From contig NC_068983.1 in NCBI RefSeq assembly GCF_001194135.2, positions 49,569,232 through 49,606,375 on the forward strand: a stretch of 37,144 bases of DNA, written 5' to 3'. The notes beneath the pieces were generated by a model. That model ran no database searches and was not told the DNA's origin. It worked only from the letters and a program-made list of their open reading frames with translations. Below are positions 36,078 to 37,144 of the stretch, piece after piece. Source of the DNA: Octopus bimaculoides. Its lineage: Eukaryota. Numbering within the stretch: position 1 is the first letter of the stretch; each line of letters begins with the position of its first letter. The position numbers and the translations under genes are program-made.

Positions 36078-36117
<40 letters not shown>

Positions 36118-36135
36118 CGATGATGATGAAAATGA
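35890..36135 (+). mobile_element. Old RTE 3' tail plus (GAT)n
   Basis: catgtaaaaagcaccc...gtggttggtgctacgaagggcatccag...acatttaatgatgatg. Confidence 0.75.
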
Positions 36136-36550
36136 TGATATCTTCATGACTAACTTTTGTCAATAATCCAATAATATTATATATAAAGTTTACATATCTC
36201 TGATGATTTGACAATACATTCTGGTTATGTAATTCACGTTATATGTCGCTAATAATTGTTTTTATGCATAAGATGTGTAACTTAATATCTTCGAACAATC
36301 TCTTTGTTAGTTTTAAATATATATTATATGTCATATGAAGTTGGGGCTATAATCCAAGCTGTGTCCTTGCAAATCACATCCGCATGTCTTTGTACTATTT
36401 GATTATTTGATTCGTTGTCTGAAGAATTTCTAAGAGGATATATCTTACATGTTTTTCCTATATGTACAATTTTCTAACTCCTATTACCAAATGAAACTTG
36501 TGTAATGGTGAATAAATAATGCCAAATTTTTTTTCCGAATCTCCTGTTTC

Positions 36551-36589
<39 letters not shown>

Positions 36590-36594
36590 TCAAA

Positions 36595-36915
36595 TAATAA
36601 GGGTGAAAAATTGAATATTAATTTAATTAATATCAATTTAGAACCAGTGACCTAGCATATTGAAAGAATCTGAAGATTCAGAAAAATTGTATTACATACA
36701 TATATTAGGGATGACCATTAAGTGGACACCCATTATGCTAGAAGTAGATCACGATCTGACCACGAAAGATTGTTCTCAAGAAAATTCAGCAAACACCAGA
36801 ACATAAGCAAGCAAAACAAATGAAAATATACAAAATATAAAGAATTAATCGTTGACCAGTTTCGCTATTAACGAATAATTACTTACGTGATGCTCTGTGG
36901 CTCATCAGTAAGATC
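36595..36915 (-). mobile_element. Penelope-like 3' tail region with degenerate hammerhead motif(s)
   Basis: Minus strand 36908-36845: CTGATGA-GC...GC-GAAAC-tg-GTC. A second half-motif ctaggtc-actgg lies near 36640-36655. Confidence 0.5.
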
Positions 36916-36999
36916 ATGCTTTTCAATATAATTTGCAGAACTATACACGAGATGTCCGCATAAAATTAGACATGTATATAGGTCTACCAATTAGGTAGA

Positions 37000-37001
37000 A
37001 C

Positions 37002-37067
<66 letters not shown>

Positions 37068-37068
37068 G
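37000..37068. repeat. (CA)n(TA)n microsatellite
   Basis: Direct reading. Confidence 0.97.
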
Positions 37069-37144
37069 TACCCGACACCTTTAGGTCTTATTGACACCAT
37101 TACCTATCATAATCTCTCTGTCTTTCTCTCTCTCTCTCTTACTC

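Overview
No bacterial-type features and no intact, recognisable protein-coding gene. The window is AT-rich, microsatellite-saturated animal DNA from a draft scaffold with five N-gaps, probably intronic or intergenic. The repeat families match my recollection of Octopus (coleoid cephalopod) repeats; this is an inference, not a database result. Nearly every ORF in the supplied track is a microsatellite, gap or repeat artefact. Supported content: many tRNA-derived SINEs, some nested with target-site duplications; truncated non-LTR retrotransposon remnants (RTE, CR1, CR1/L2-group, R4/Dong-like RLE type); two mariner remnants; a hAT remnant; TTAA-type MITEs; and Penelope-like tails with decayed hammerhead-ribozyme motifs. 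Most worth following up: (1) a plus-strand hairpin cluster at 19261-19425 with a hammerhead core and formable stems II and III, but no canonical stem I; (2) an RTE LINE 3'UTR built from a variable array of hairpin-forming ~53-67 nt units; (3) a young SINE repeatedly joined to AGAA sites, mostly inside its own family's head; (4) a LINE/SINE shared 3' stem-loop with compensatory changes; (5) several long inverted repeats, including an inverted mariner 3' end, that could form dsRNA. Splice-signal-only exon candidates are low confidence. No novel system is demonstrated by the sequence alone.
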